This document shows positions 36,944-47,372 of a DNA stretch of 64,000 nt, in pieces. Positions within the stretch are counted from its first letter, which is position 1, and every line of letters starts with the position of its first letter. Source of the DNA: an uncultured Clostridia bacterium (GTDB lineage Bacteria > Bacillota > Clostridia > Christensenellales > UBA3700); assembly GCA_937880755.1 (NCBI GenBank), contig CALGRX010000017.1, forward strand, positions 26,737 through 90,736, given 5' to 3'. A model generated the notes under the pieces. The model was not told the origin of the DNA and did no database searches. It was given only the letters and a program-made list of their open reading frames with translations. Position numbers and translations under genes: made by a program.

Positions 36944-38230
36944 ATGCAAGATAGAGATAGACCGCTACTAGGCGCAATACAAGGGTACGTCGACCATTCC
37001 AAAGCACGCTTTCATATGCCGGGGCACAGTGGCAATTTGAATGGTGGCATTTGGGACGCATGTCCTTACGACGTTACGGAATTGGGCTATACCGACAACA
37101 TACTCAATCCCCAAGGCGTAATTGCCGAGCTGGAAGCCGACCTTGCCAAAGCGTACGGAGTGGATAGAAGCCTTATATTTACCACGGGCTCTACCACGGC
37201 CATATTGGCTTCGCTGGGGATTTTGTCACAGCTTGGCGGAGAGGTGGTCGTCTTAGGAGAAATGCATAAGGCTTTTTGGAACGGCGCTATGTTGCACAAT
37301 TTGCAAGTCAGCGTGTTTGATTGCCTCGACGATTTAATTCGTTATATGCAAAAAACTCGATACGTGTCGGCAATTTGCACGACTTCACCCGATTATTTCG
37401 GTATATGCAAAGATTTATTCAAGCTTAGGCAAATAGCCGACGACAAGGGTGCTATTTTGTGGGTGGACGGAGCGCATTCGGCGCATTTTGCCTTTGCCGA
37501 TTGTCTACCGGACAGCCCAAGTCAATACGCTCATCTTTGCGTTCATAGTTTGCATAAGACTCTTCCTTGTTACGGCGGAGCAAGCGTGCTCAACGTGACG
37601 GAGACTAATCTCGTTGACCTTGCCACCTACTATCGCAATTTTTTCCACACCTCGTCGCCGAGTTATCTCGTTATGCAGAGTATAGATTGGGCGATAGGTG
37701 AAATGAACGCCAAGGGCAACGTATATTACCGAGAGGTTGTCGCTAAGATCAAGAGTTTGGGTAGCGAGATAGGCAAGTGGAAGATACTGCCTACCGACGA
37801 CCCGACGAGGCTGGTATTGCATAGTCAAGGCGACGAGGCAAGCTTTACCGCCGAGTGGTTGTCGCAGCGTGGCATCGAGGTGGAGATGACGTACCTTGAC
37901 AAGATGGTGCTCATCGTTACGCCGTACAATTACACTAGTCTTGATTTTTTTGCCAAGTATTTGTCGGTAGCTCCTACCAAAAAGGCGGAAGGGATTTTGC
38001 TGGCACCGCCTCAGCCAAAGAGGGCTTATCGGGCAGAGGGGCAAGTTGCTTTCGTAGAGCTAAGCCAATGCGTGGGCAAGGTATGCGCTTGCGAGATAGG
38101 CGTATACCCACCGGGTATGCCGATAGTGAGAGCGGGAGAAATAATAGACGAAAAAGTCGCAGAATATATCACAGCCAACGCTACTCGTCTTTTTGGTCTT
38201 GTAAACGGGCACGTAGCTGTGCTACAATAA
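36944..38230 (+). CDS. Orn/Lys/Arg decarboxylase-family PLP enzyme (YaaO-like)
   Basis: FHMPGHSG and SLHKTLP (PLP lysine). Sits upstream of tmk as in B. subtilis. The TTG 36935 alternative start overlaps the terminator T-tract. Confidence 0.7.
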   Translation: MQDRDRPLLGAIQGYVDHSKARFHMPGHSGNLNGGIWDACPYDVTELGYTDNILNPQGVIAELEADLAKAYGVDRSLIFTTGSTTAILASLGILSQLGGEVVVLGEMHKAFWNGAMLHNLQVSVFDCLDDLIRYMQKTRYVSAICTTSPDYFGICKDLFKLRQIADDKGAILWVDGAHSAHFAFADCLPDSPSQYAHLCVHSLHKTLPCYGGASVLNVTETNLVDLATYYRNFFHTSSPSYLVMQSIDWAIGEMNAKGNVYYREVVAKIKSLGSEIGKWKILPTDDPTRLVLHSQGDEASFTAEWLSQRGIEVEMTYLDKMVLIVTPYNYTSLDFFAKYLSVAPTKKAEGILLAPPQPKRAYRAEGQVAFVELSQCVGKVCACEIGVYPPGMPIVRAGEIIDEKVAEYITANATRLFGLVNGHVAVLQ

Positions 38231-38239
38231 TAGGTGAGT

Positions 38240-38869
38240 ATGAAAAGAGGAAAGTTTATCACGTTTGAAGGTTGCGAAGGAGTGGGCAAATCCACTCAAA
38301 TTGCATTGCTGCGCGAGTATTTTCAAGACAACGGTATCAAGGCGTTGTTTTTGAGGGAGCCGGGCGGTAGCAAAATATCCGAAGAGATACGCAAACTAAT
38401 ATTGTCTACCGACAGCGTAGGCATGACCAAAGAATGCGAGGCGTTGTTGTACTCTGCCTCGAGAGCGCAGTTGATAGGACAAGTCATCAGACCTGCTTTG
38501 GAGAGAGGTGAAATCGTAGTATGCGATAGATTTACCGACTCCACCTTTGCCTATCAAGGCGTGGCGAGGGGCCTAGGAGAGGACTACGTGGACTCGCTCA
38601 ACAAGCTTGCGTGCGGAGAAGTAATGCCCGACCTCACGATATTTTTGGATTTAGAGCCTAAGCTTGGCTTTGCGCGCAAGGGCGGAGCCGACAAGGACGA
38701 CAGAATAGAACAAGAAAATCGAGCTTTTCACGACGAGGTGTATCGTGGATACAAGATTGCTTGCGATAGATACGAGGGACGCATAGTTGCGATAGACGCT
38801 AGTGGCGAAATATCACAAGTACACGAGGCGATAATACGCACGTTGCAACGACGCGGTATAGTTGACTAA
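38240..38869 (+). CDS. tmk: Thymidylate kinase (host copy)
   Basis: FITFEGCEGVGKSTQ P-loop, DRFTDSTFAYQG, and the tmk-holB synteny. Confidence 0.9.
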   Translation: MKRGKFITFEGCEGVGKSTQIALLREYFQDNGIKALFLREPGGSKISEEIRKLILSTDSVGMTKECEALLYSASRAQLIGQVIRPALERGEIVVCDRFTDSTFAYQGVARGLGEDYVDSLNKLACGEVMPDLTIFLDLEPKLGFARKGGADKDDRIEQENRAFHDEVYRGYKIACDRYEGRIVAIDASGEISQVHEAIIRTLQRRGIVD

Positions 38870-38881
38870 ACGAGAGGGTAG

Positions 38882-39847
38882 ATGATCAAGTATTCCAAAC
38901 TGCTTATGCAAAGCAAACCGTATAAGACGATGTTCACCGACAAGGCTCACGGCATGTTGGGGCATTGTTATATGCTTATATGCGACGACCAAGTGGCGTG
39001 TAGCAATCTATGCACGCTTTTGGCTAGGTTGGTTTTGTGTGACGACGGCTGTTGCGGAACGTGTCGCAGCTGTATCAGGGTGGACAACGATTCTCACACC
39101 GAGCTTATCAGACTTACCCAATACAACGCCGAGAGCGTGCGTGAGTTTGTCGATAGCGCCTATTACAGCATAGGAGAAGGTCAATACAAAGTAATGCTTG
39201 TCGATGCTTTTGACAAGATAGACCCTAGAGTACAAAACACCTTGCTCAAAACGCTGGAAGAGCCTTGCGACAACGTAGTCTTTATACTCGGCACTACCAA
39301 GCCGTCGGGGGTATTGACCACCATCAAATCGAGGGCAAACAAGCTATATCTCGACAAGTTTGACGACGAGACGATTGCCACTGCATTGCAACAAGAGGGC
39401 ATAGAAGAAGAATTGGCAAGCAAAGCCACGATATGTGCCTTAGGCAGTCTTGGCAGAGCAGAAAAGATTGTATCGGATCAGCAATTTATTACGGCGTTCT
39501 CTACAATGATAGAGGTGCTTACGACGATGAAATCGTCCAAAAACGTCGTCGACTCAATGGCAATAATGCGTCAAAACGATATCGAACTCAAAGTATATCT
39601 CGATGCGCTTGAGATTATACTTCAGCTAATGCTAAATATTCTCAACGGCAAGAAGTATGATTTTCAAGACCAAGACTTGCGTAACGTTGAGTCTTTGAGC
39701 GAAACTTTTAACAACGCAATGATAGTCAACGTACATCGTTTGGTGTGCGATAGTAGAAAAAGACTCGAAAGCAACTGCCGAAAGGACGTTGTGGAAGAGA
39801 GCTTGCTTATGGGCATTTTGGAGGTAAAATATATATGCCGATTATAG
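38882..39847 (+). CDS. holB: DNA polymerase III subunit delta'
   Basis: HCYMLICDD (degenerate P-loop position), zinc module CGTCRSC, LLKTLEEP. Synteny with tmk. Confidence 0.8.
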   Translation: MIKYSKLLMQSKPYKTMFTDKAHGMLGHCYMLICDDQVACSNLCTLLARLVLCDDGCCGTCRSCIRVDNDSHTELIRLTQYNAESVREFVDSAYYSIGEGQYKVMLVDAFDKIDPRVQNTLLKTLEEPCDNVVFILGTTKPSGVLTTIKSRANKLYLDKFDDETIATALQQEGIEEELASKATICALGSLGRAEKIVSDQQFITAFSTMIEVLTTMKSSKNVVDSMAIMRQNDIELKVYLDALEIILQLMLNILNGKKYDFQDQDLRNVESLSETFNNAMIVNVHRLVCDSRKRLESNCRKDVVEESLLMGILEVKYICRL

Positions 39848-40707
39848 TAGGCGTCAGATTTGGCGCGTCAAGTAAAATTTATTATTTCGATCCCAAGTCG
39901 GAGCAGTTTAGCGTAGGCGACAACGTTATCGTAGAGACCGTTAGGGGACTCGAGTTTGCCAAGATAGGTCAAGCCAACACCGAGGTTGATGCCGGCAAGA
40001 TAGTGGGAGAGCTCAAACCCGTAGTACGCAAAGCCACCAAAGAGGACGAAAAGCGTCACCAAGAAAACCTAGACAAAAAGGCGGCGGCTTTTGCTCTTTG
40101 CAACAAGAAGATAGCGGCTCACGGGCTCAAAATGCACCTTGTGGACGCGGAATATACCTTTGACAGAAGCAAGGTGGTATTTAGCTTTACCGCCGACGGC
40201 AGGGTTGACTTTAGAGAATTGGTCAAAGATTTAGCCGGCGAGATGAAGATGCGTATCGAGCTAAGACAAATCTACGAGCGCGACGACGTCAAAATCAAGG
40301 GCGCAATGGGCATGTGCGGTAGAGAATGCTGCTGTTTGACGTGCCTGTCTCACAACGAAAAAGCCACCGTCAAAATGGCAAAAAACCAAAACATATCCCT
40401 CAATCCAACCAAAGTCAGCGGCATGTGCGGTAAGCTTATGTGCTGTCTAAAATACGAAAACGACTACTACGCTTCTATGGCAAAGGTTATGCCTAAGGTG
40501 GGGGCAAGCGTCAAGGTGGACAAGGGCGTAGGTAAGGTGGTAGAGACCGACGTTTTGAGAGAAAGAATCAAGGTCGCTATCCAAAAGGAAGACGGCATAA
40601 CGCAAGAATACTACAAGGTCGGCGAGTTTAGCGTGATAGGCAAAGGCGAGCCTAGAGTTGTCGAGGACAAGGACGACGAGGCGGATACGCTCAAAGAGGA
40701 AGAATAA
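39835..40707 (+). CDS. ricT: PSP1-domain protein RicT (YaaT)
   Basis: VGVRFGASSKIYYFDP, Cys-rich MGMCGRECCC...GMCGKLMCCLKYE. Sits downstream of holB. Confidence 0.85.
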   Translation: MPIIVGVRFGASSKIYYFDPKSEQFSVGDNVIVETVRGLEFAKIGQANTEVDAGKIVGELKPVVRKATKEDEKRHQENLDKKAAAFALCNKKIAAHGLKMHLVDAEYTFDRSKVVFSFTADGRVDFRELVKDLAGEMKMRIELRQIYERDDVKIKGAMGMCGRECCCLTCLSHNEKATVKMAKNQNISLNPTKVSGMCGKLMCCLKYENDYYASMAKVMPKVGASVKVDKGVGKVVETDVLRERIKVAIQKEDGITQEYYKVGEFSVIGKGEPRVVEDKDDEADTLKEEE

Positions 40708-40732
40708 TTTTCGCAATAGTTTTTGCAATGTG

Positions 40733-40761
40733 TTTACAAACCCGAAATTATGTGATATCAT
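40733..40761 (+). promoter_or_regulatory. Sigma-A promoter (extended -10) for the ferredoxin gene
   Basis: TTTACA, 17-nt spacer ending in TGA, then TATCAT. Confidence 0.5.
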
Positions 40762-40795
40762 ATAGTCACCAACAATACAAAAGGAGATTATGACT

Positions 40796-40966
40796 ATGGC
40801 ATATGTTATCAGCGATGCTTGCATCAAATGCGGTTCTTGTGCAGAAAGCTGCCCTGTTAGCGCAATCACCGAAGGCGATACCCAATTCGTAATCGATGCA
40901 GATACTTGCATTAGTTGCGGAACTTGCGCTGCCGGCTGTCCTGTGGACGCAATCAGCGAAGACTAA
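40796..40966 (+). CDS. fdx: 2x[4Fe-4S] ferredoxin, 56 aa (absent from the ORF track because shorter than 60 aa)
   Basis: Own translation: MAYVISDACIKCGSCAESCPVSAITEGDTQFVIDADTCISCGTCAAGCPVDAISED, with two CxxCxxCxxxCP motifs. AAGGAG lies 9 nt upstream. Confidence 0.9.
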   Translation: MAYVISDACIKCGSCAESCPVSAITEGDTQFVIDADTCISCGTCAAGCPVDAISED

Positions 40967-40974
40967 TCTTAATC

Positions 40975-41013
40975 AAAAACAACCGTCCGCTACTCGCGGG
41001 CGGTTGTTTTTTT
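40975..41013 (+). terminator. Rho-independent terminator after the ferredoxin gene
   Basis: AAAAACAACCGTCCGC ... GCGGGCGGTTGTTTTT stem followed by a T-run. Confidence 0.8.
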
Positions 41014-41180
41014 ATCTAAAAAATTACTTATTTATATTTTTTAAGCAATTTTTAAGGTTGCAAGACAAAAAATGTAAATTTACTGTCCTAGTTTAATTGT
41101 TTACACGGCAATGTTATGTTATTATATTTATATACCAACATACGCAAAATTATAGGCGTAAGAAATATCGGGAGATAACG

Positions 41181-42089
41181 ATGGCAATCAAAGATTTTTT
41201 ACAACTCAAAGGCGTAGACGAGGCTACACTCACGGCGCTTCTTGACAGAGCGGGAGAACTCAAGGCGCTTATGCGTAAGGGCAATCCTCCCAAGGATATT
41301 CTTGAGGGCAAGACGGTGGTCAATATGTTTTTTGAGAATTCCACTCGCACCAGATGCTCGTTTGAGGCGGCGGGCAAAAATCTCGGCGCGGAAGTAATAA
41401 GTATGTCCACGGCGGGCTCGAGCGTGCAAAAGGGAGAGAACCTAATCGACACGGCAATTACGCTTGACAAGCTTATGCCGTCGGCGATAGTCATTAGACA
41501 CGCCGTAGCGGGCTCGGCGCATATGGTAGCAAACCACGTCAACGCAAGCGTCATCAACGCGGGTGACGGAATGCACGCCCACCCGACTCAAGCGCTGTTG
41601 GATATGTTTACTATGCGAGAGATTTTCGGCGGATTACAAGGCTTGAGCGTTGCGATAGTCGGCGATATCAAGCACAGTAGAGTGGCTAGGAGCAATATCG
41701 AGGGCTTGGCGACTATGGGCGCCAAAGTTAAGGTTTACGGACCTGCCACGCTTATGCCTAAGGATATGGACAAGTTGTGCAAGGTTTGCTCGAGTATCGA
41801 AGAGGCGTTCGTAGGCAGTGACGTCGTTATGGGCTTGAGAATACAACTAGAAAGACAGCAAAAAGGACTCTTCCCAAGCGCGGGAGAATACAACAAATTC
41901 TACGGTATCAACTTAGAGCGTATGAAGCTTGCCAACAAGGGAGCGGTGGTTATGCATCCGGGACCTGTCAACAGGGGCATAGAGCTATCGCACGACGTAC
42001 TTGACAGCCCTATATGCGTCAAGGACGAGCAAGTAACCAACGGTATGGTTACGAGAATGGCGTTGTTAGAAATGCTTTGTAAGGAGTAA
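41181..42089 (+). CDS. pyrB: Aspartate carbamoyltransferase catalytic subunit
   Basis: FFENSTRTRCSFE and HPTQALLD motifs. GGGAGA SD before ATG 41181. Confidence 0.95.
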   Translation: MAIKDFLQLKGVDEATLTALLDRAGELKALMRKGNPPKDILEGKTVVNMFFENSTRTRCSFEAAGKNLGAEVISMSTAGSSVQKGENLIDTAITLDKLMPSAIVIRHAVAGSAHMVANHVNASVINAGDGMHAHPTQALLDMFTMREIFGGLQGLSVAIVGDIKHSRVARSNIEGLATMGAKVKVYGPATLMPKDMDKLCKVCSSIEEAFVGSDVVMGLRIQLERQQKGLFPSAGEYNKFYGINLERMKLANKGAVVMHPGPVNRGIELSHDVLDSPICVKDEQVTNGMVTRMALLEMLCKE

Positions 42090-42092
42090 AAT

Positions 42093-43364
42093 ATGGGATT
42101 TTGTATCAAAAACGCTAACGTTTTAGGCAAAAGAGCCGACGTGTTGATTGAGAGTGACAGAATAGTCGCAATAGGTCAGATAGACGAGTTTACCGAAGGT
42201 TGCGGGGTTATTCAAGCCGACGGCTTGACCTTGTTGCCGGCTTTCGTGGATATGCATACCCACCTAAGAGAGCCGGGCTTTGAGGCTAAAGAAACCATTG
42301 CCACGGGCAGTATGGCGGCGGTTGCGGGAGGCTACGCAAGCGTATGCTGTATGCCTAACACCAAGCCCGTTACCGACAACGCTTATATCGTCAATTATAT
42401 CATAGACAGGGCGAGAGAAGCCGACAAGGCTAGAGTTTATCCTATAGGTGCAATAAGCGTAGGGCTCAAGGGCGAAACTATGGCTGAGATGGGCAAGATG
42501 AAGAGCGCGGGCGCAGTTGCGATGAGTGACGACGGACAACCCGTGACGACGGCTCAAATGATGAGATTGGCTCTAGAATACGCCAAGGACTTCAACCTAC
42601 TTCTCATCAGTCATTGCGAGGACAAGGGGCTTGTAAACGAGGGCGTTATGAACGAGGGCTACAACTCTACCAGACTTGGACTCAAGGGCATACCTAGTGC
42701 CGCCGAGGACGTGATGATTGCAAGAGAAATAATACTCGCGGAGATGTTAGACACGCGCGTGCATATAGCGCACGTAAGTACGGCTAGCGGTGTGCAACTC
42801 ATCAGAGAAGCCAAGGCAAGGGGAGTCAAAGTTACGGCGGAGACTTGTCCGCACTATATCGCGGGTACCGACGACCTAGTCGAAGGCTACGACACTATGG
42901 CCAAGGTCAACCCTCCTCTGAGAGAAGAAAAGGATAGACAAGCGGTGATAGCGGGACTTGCCGACGGTACTATCGACTGTATTGCCACCGACCACGCGCC
43001 TCACACCAAAGAGGACAAAAATTGCGAGTTCAACTTTGCCGCCAACGGAATATCGGGCATAGAGACGGCTTTTGCCTTGTGCTACACCTACCTCGTAGAC
43101 AGCGGAATTATGAGTCTTGACAAGTTGTCTATGCTTATGACCAAGACCCCTGCCGAAATCGTGGGCATACCTTACGGTCAAATCGAGGTGGGAGGACTTG
43201 CCGACTTGACGCTCGTAGACCTTGACGCCAAGTACACGATAGACAGTAGCAAATTCTATTCCAAGGGCAAAAACACACCTTTCAATGGCTTTGTAGTCAA
43301 AGGAAAAGTCAAATATACCGTCGTAGGCGGAAAAATAAAATACCAAAGCGAGGACGTACGATGA
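42093..43364 (+). CDS. pyrC: Dihydroorotase
   Basis: DMHTHLREPG, and DHAPH near the C-terminal half. Confidence 0.9.
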   Translation: MGFCIKNANVLGKRADVLIESDRIVAIGQIDEFTEGCGVIQADGLTLLPAFVDMHTHLREPGFEAKETIATGSMAAVAGGYASVCCMPNTKPVTDNAYIVNYIIDRAREADKARVYPIGAISVGLKGETMAEMGKMKSAGAVAMSDDGQPVTTAQMMRLALEYAKDFNLLLISHCEDKGLVNEGVMNEGYNSTRLGLKGIPSAAEDVMIAREIILAEMLDTRVHIAHVSTASGVQLIREAKARGVKVTAETCPHYIAGTDDLVEGYDTMAKVNPPLREEKDRQAVIAGLADGTIDCIATDHAPHTKEDKNCEFNFAANGISGIETAFALCYTYLVDSGIMSLDKLSMLMTKTPAEIVGIPYGQIEVGGLADLTLVDLDAKYTIDSSKFYSKGKNTPFNGFVVKGKVKYTVVGGKIKYQSEDVR

Positions 43365-44260
43365 TTATCGACCAACTTATCGACAAAATTCAACTGACTA
43401 ACAACCCTTCCGTCATAGGTCTTGACACTTGTATAGACTATCTCCCACAGGAGATGCAAGAGGTTTGCACGACCTTAGAAGAAGCGGGCAAACAAATCAC
43501 CAAGTTCAACTTCGATCTCATCGACACGCTCAAAGACGTCGTTCCCGCAGTCAAAGTGCAAGTGGCGTATTACGAAATGTACGGCGTCGAGGGTATGAAA
43601 GCCTTTAGAGATACTATCGCTTACGCTAGGAGCAACGGACTCATCGTCATTGCCGACGTCAAGCGTAACGATATCGGCTCTACCGCCGCTGCGTACAGTA
43701 AGGCTTATATAGGCAAATGCAAGCTTGCGGGCGGAGAGGTTACTCCTTACGAGAGTGACTTTATCACCGTCAACGGCTATCTCGGCAGCGACGGCATTTT
43801 GCCTTTCGTAGAAGATTGCAAAAAGTACGACAAGGGCTTGTTTGCCCTCGTCAAGACTTCCAATCCGACAAGCGGAGAGTTGCAAGACAAGATTATGGAC
43901 AACGGCAAGACGTTGTACGGCAATATGGCTACTCTCGTCGACGGTTGGGGCGCGGAGCTGGTAGGTAAATACGGTTACAGCAGCATAGGCGGAGTCGTAG
44001 GCGCAACTCACAAAGAGCAGGCACAAGCAATCCGCAAGGCTCACCCTAATATGTTTTTCCTCATTCCGGGATACGGAGCGCAAGGTGGCAAGGCAGAAGA
44101 CCTCGCAGTGTGCTTCGAGAACAAAACGGGTGGTATAGTCAATTCGTCCAGAGGCATTTTGTGCGCTTATCGCAAGCCTCAATATGCGGGAATGGACTAC
44201 AAGCAAGCAGCGCTCGCCGCGGCTATAGATATGCAAAAGGATATAACGAGATGTCTGTAA
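43361..44260 (+). CDS. pyrF: Orotidine 5'-phosphate decarboxylase (long type 2)
   Basis: IADVKRNDIGSTA, PGYGAQGG, and the position in the pyr operon. Confidence 0.85.
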   Translation: MIIDQLIDKIQLTNNPSVIGLDTCIDYLPQEMQEVCTTLEEAGKQITKFNFDLIDTLKDVVPAVKVQVAYYEMYGVEGMKAFRDTIAYARSNGLIVIADVKRNDIGSTAAAYSKAYIGKCKLAGGEVTPYESDFITVNGYLGSDGILPFVEDCKKYDKGLFALVKTSNPTSGELQDKIMDNGKTLYGNMATLVDGWGAELVGKYGYSSIGGVVGATHKEQAQAIRKAHPNMFFLIPGYGAQGGKAEDLAVCFENKTGGIVNSSRGILCAYRKPQYAGMDYKQAALAAAIDMQKDITRCL

Positions 44261-45027
44261 GAGAAACGACTTGTCAAGTAGTGTACAACGTAGAGGTTGC
44301 TAGCGGAATATACGAGATGAAACTAGTTACCGATAGAGTAGACGATATATTGGGCGGACAATTCGTCAATATCAAGCTTCCTACTAGCGACACCCTTCTG
44401 AGACGCCCTTTTTGTCTTTGCGACTTTGACTCAAGCGACAATACCTTCGTCATTTGTTACGCCGTAGTAGGCAAGGGTACGGAAACATTGTCGCAAGTCA
44501 AGACGGGAGAAATTCTCAAGGCTACTCTACCGCTCGGCAACGGTTGGGACCCTCGTGGCAAGTATTCTAAGATAATGCTCGTCGGCGGAGGTATGGGTAG
44601 CGCCGTACTTCCTGCCGTGGCAAGGCGTAGCGAGGGGGTAGATTGCGTATGCTATCTCGGCTTTGCCGACAAGAGCAAGGTGGTGCTTGAAGATAGACTT
44701 CGTGGTTTGTGTTCCGAGGTAGTGGTAGCCACCGACAACGGCAGTTACGGTCGCAAGGGCTTCGTCACCGACGTGGTCGCAGAGGATATAATCAAGTCGG
44801 GCGTAGAGGCAGTATTCTGTTGTGGGCCTGAGGTAATGTATAAGGCGCTCAAAAGAGCACTTGCCAAGGTGGATATACCCGTATATATATCGCTCGAACA
44901 AAGAATGGGTTGCGGAATAGGCGCGTGCCTCGTGTGCAACTGTATGATAGAGAGGGATGGCAAGCAAGGCTATTACCGAGTTTGCAAGGACGGTCCCGTA
45001 TTCGAGCTGAGCGAGGTGGTACTATGA
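44251..45027 (+). CDS. pyrK: Dihydroorotate dehydrogenase B electron-transfer subunit
   Basis: FAD/NAD-binding fold and C-terminal 2Fe-2S motif CGIGACLVC...C. ATG 44251 overlaps the pyrF stop. Confidence 0.85.
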   Translation: MSVRETTCQVVYNVEVASGIYEMKLVTDRVDDILGGQFVNIKLPTSDTLLRRPFCLCDFDSSDNTFVICYAVVGKGTETLSQVKTGEILKATLPLGNGWDPRGKYSKIMLVGGGMGSAVLPAVARRSEGVDCVCYLGFADKSKVVLEDRLRGLCSEVVVATDNGSYGRKGFVTDVVAEDIIKSGVEAVFCCGPEVMYKALKRALAKVDIPVYISLEQRMGCGIGACLVCNCMIERDGKQGYYRVCKDGPVFELSEVVL

Positions 45028-45932
45028 ATCTCAAAGTAAATATTGCAGGTGTAGAATTCAAAAATCCTATCATCACGGCTAGCGGTACTTTCGGCTTTGG
45101 CAAAGAATATTCGCAATTCTATCCGCTGTCGGCTTTGGGCGGAATTTGCACCAAGGGCTTGACGCTCAATCCAAAGCTTGGCAATCCACCGCCACGCATA
45201 GCCGAGACGAGGTCGGGCATAATCAACAGCGTAGGGCTCCAAAACCCCGGCATCGACCACTATCTTGCCGAGGACGACGTCAGACTGACAGTAGAAGACG
45301 TGGTTGTCATAGCCAACGTAGCGGGGGCGTGCCTCGAGGACTATATCGCAATGGGCGAAAAAATCAACGAGAGCAAAGCACAAATGGTAGAACTCAACAT
45401 ATCTTGTCCCAACGTCAAGGCGGGCGGAATGGCTTTTGGAATTTTGCCCGAGAGCGTGGAGAGAGTGACGAGGGCGGTCAAGGACGTGTGCAAAAAGCCC
45501 GTCATCACCAAGCTAAGTCCCAACGTGTCGTGCATAGCCGACAACGCAAGAGCGGCGGAAGCGGGTGGAGCCGACGGAATATCTCTCATCAATACCCTAT
45601 CGGCAATGGCAATCAACTACAAGACTCGCCGTCCTATTCTATACAACAACCACGGTGGACTTAGCGGTGCGTGCGTCAAACCCGTCGCACTCAAGATGGT
45701 GTGGGATTGCTTCAACGCCGTCAAGATACCTATCATAGGTATGGGCGGTGTACAGAGTTACACCGACGTGTTAGAGTTTATGATATGCGGATCAAGGGCG
45801 GTGCAAGTCGGCACGTACAACTTCACCGAGCCAATGGGCGCATATAATATCGTCAAGGACTTGGAAGAATACGTCAAGGCGCAAGATATGGATATCAACG
45901 ACTTGGTGGGTAGCCTTATCGTCAACGGTTGA
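45024..45932 (+). CDS. pyrD: Dihydroorotate dehydrogenase B catalytic subunit
   Basis: FKNPIITASGTFGFG, ELNISCPNVK, GGLSG. ATGA overlap with pyrK. Confidence 0.9.
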   Translation: MNLKVNIAGVEFKNPIITASGTFGFGKEYSQFYPLSALGGICTKGLTLNPKLGNPPPRIAETRSGIINSVGLQNPGIDHYLAEDDVRLTVEDVVVIANVAGACLEDYIAMGEKINESKAQMVELNISCPNVKAGGMAFGILPESVERVTRAVKDVCKKPVITKLSPNVSCIADNARAAEAGGADGISLINTLSAMAINYKTRRPILYNNHGGLSGACVKPVALKMVWDCFNAVKIPIIGMGGVQSYTDVLEFMICGSRAVQVGTYNFTEPMGAYNIVKDLEEYVKAQDMDINDLVGSLIVNG

Positions 45933-45948
45933 CGAGGTCAACTTTTTT
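45928..45948 (+). terminator. Terminator at the end of pyrD
   Basis: GTTGAC GAG GTCAAC followed by TTTTTT, overlapping the stop codon. Confidence 0.55.
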
Positions 45949-46409
45949 ACTCTAATAGATAGGCAAACACGGCAGGCAATTACGTCTGCTAGCAAAGCAA
46001 AAAACAAAGTTTAGCAACCGATAAGGTATAATATCGATGAAAGCGGTGTTAGGTCGAGTGCGGGAGCGAGTAGGTACGCAACGTGCAATATTGCACTAAT
46101 CGGCTCTATAACAACACGCAAAAAGGGTATTATTATAATAGATAACTATTTAGAGAAGTTGACGATATTATAATTATATTGCGTATGGCGCGTATAGTTT
46201 TGACAACACGCGACAGTCGCTAAGATTATAATTATATCTCGGTTGTGTATTATGTAATGACGACAATAGGTACTTACGTTTCGGCTACGAATAGACGAGG
46301 GCGCCGCCGAGTAGAACAAAGCGAGCAAACCAATAATTATCGAAAGTAACTTTGGACGACAAAGTAAAACAAAAAAATACGAAATAGGATTAGACAAAAG
46401 GAGTAAACT

Positions 46410-46994
46410 ATGACCCAACAAGAAGCATTGGAAATTTACAAAAAGACGGGAGCAATTCTCAAAGGACATTTTCGTCTGACTTCGGGTAGACACTCGGACA
46501 CTTATATGCAGAGCGCTAAGGTGTTCGTTAATCCCGAGTACAGCGAAGCGTTGTGCAAAGGACTTGCCGAGAAGTTGCAAGGCACCGAGGTTGATATGGT
46601 TATCTCGCCTGCTATCGGCGGTATTCTCATGGGATACGAGGTAGCTAGACAACTTGGCAAACCTAATATCTTTGCCGAGAGAGAGAACGGCGAGATGACT
46701 TTACGTAGAGGCTTTAGCGTAGAGCCAGGCACCAAAGTTATCGTGTGCGAAGACGTAGTTACTACGGGTGGCTCGGTCAAAGAAGTTATCGCATTGATGC
46801 AATCTATGGGCGCAAAAGTTACGGCTGTCGCTTCAATCGTAGACAGAAGCAACGGCAAGGTTGACTTCGGAGTTAAGTACGTCAACCTCATCAGCATGGA
46901 CGTAGTATCCTACGAGCCTGAGGATTGTCCTATATGCAAAGAGGGCAAGCTCCCTCTCGTCAAGCCGGGTAGTAGACAAATCTTTACTAAATAA
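46410..46994 (+). CDS. pyrE: Orotate phosphoribosyltransferase
   Basis: [11 protein letters not shown] and the PRPP loop [13 protein letters not shown]. Confidence 0.9.
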   Translation: MTQQEALEIYKKTGAILKGHFRLTSGRHSDTYMQSAKVFVNPEYSEALCKGLAEKLQGTEVDMVISPAIGGILMGYEVARQLGKPNIFAERENGEMTLRRGFSVEPGTKVIVCEDVVTTGGSVKEVIALMQSMGAKVTAVASIVDRSNGKVDFGVKYVNLISMDVVSYEPEDCPICKEGKLPLVKPGSRQIFTK

Positions 46995-47372
46995 AGCAAA
47001 TATAACGCCGTAGAAGCGTGATTATGACGCGAATATCTCGCAACAACGCACGTAACGCGACGGTTGCGACCGAAGACTTTGTTTGTGATGGCGTAGTTAT
47101 CGACACGCCCGATTCAATAGTCTAATCGCGGAGTGCGCATATTGACCGAAAGGATGAAAAGGTTGATACGTATCGACTTATCGACGTTGATAGGGCGTTG
47201 TATCGCGAGCAATACGGCGTGATACACGGGGTAAGTTAGACTTTATACAAACAACATACACGTTGCGTTGCGTGTAGTACGACGCCATTGTTCGCAATAC
47301 ATAGGCGTATGGTCAACGATATTGCAAGATATATCGTGCGATAGTATCGAGAATATAACTAGGGGAAGGATT

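Noticed and set aside
35453-36949. 498-codon ORF antisense to lysS, plus similar long antisense ORFs at 21371-21964, 43475-44236, 57813-58532 and 63020-63838
   Set aside because: These are shadow ORFs opposite genes with unmistakable identities (LysRS, PyrF, S3 and others). They have no SD and no recognisable domains.
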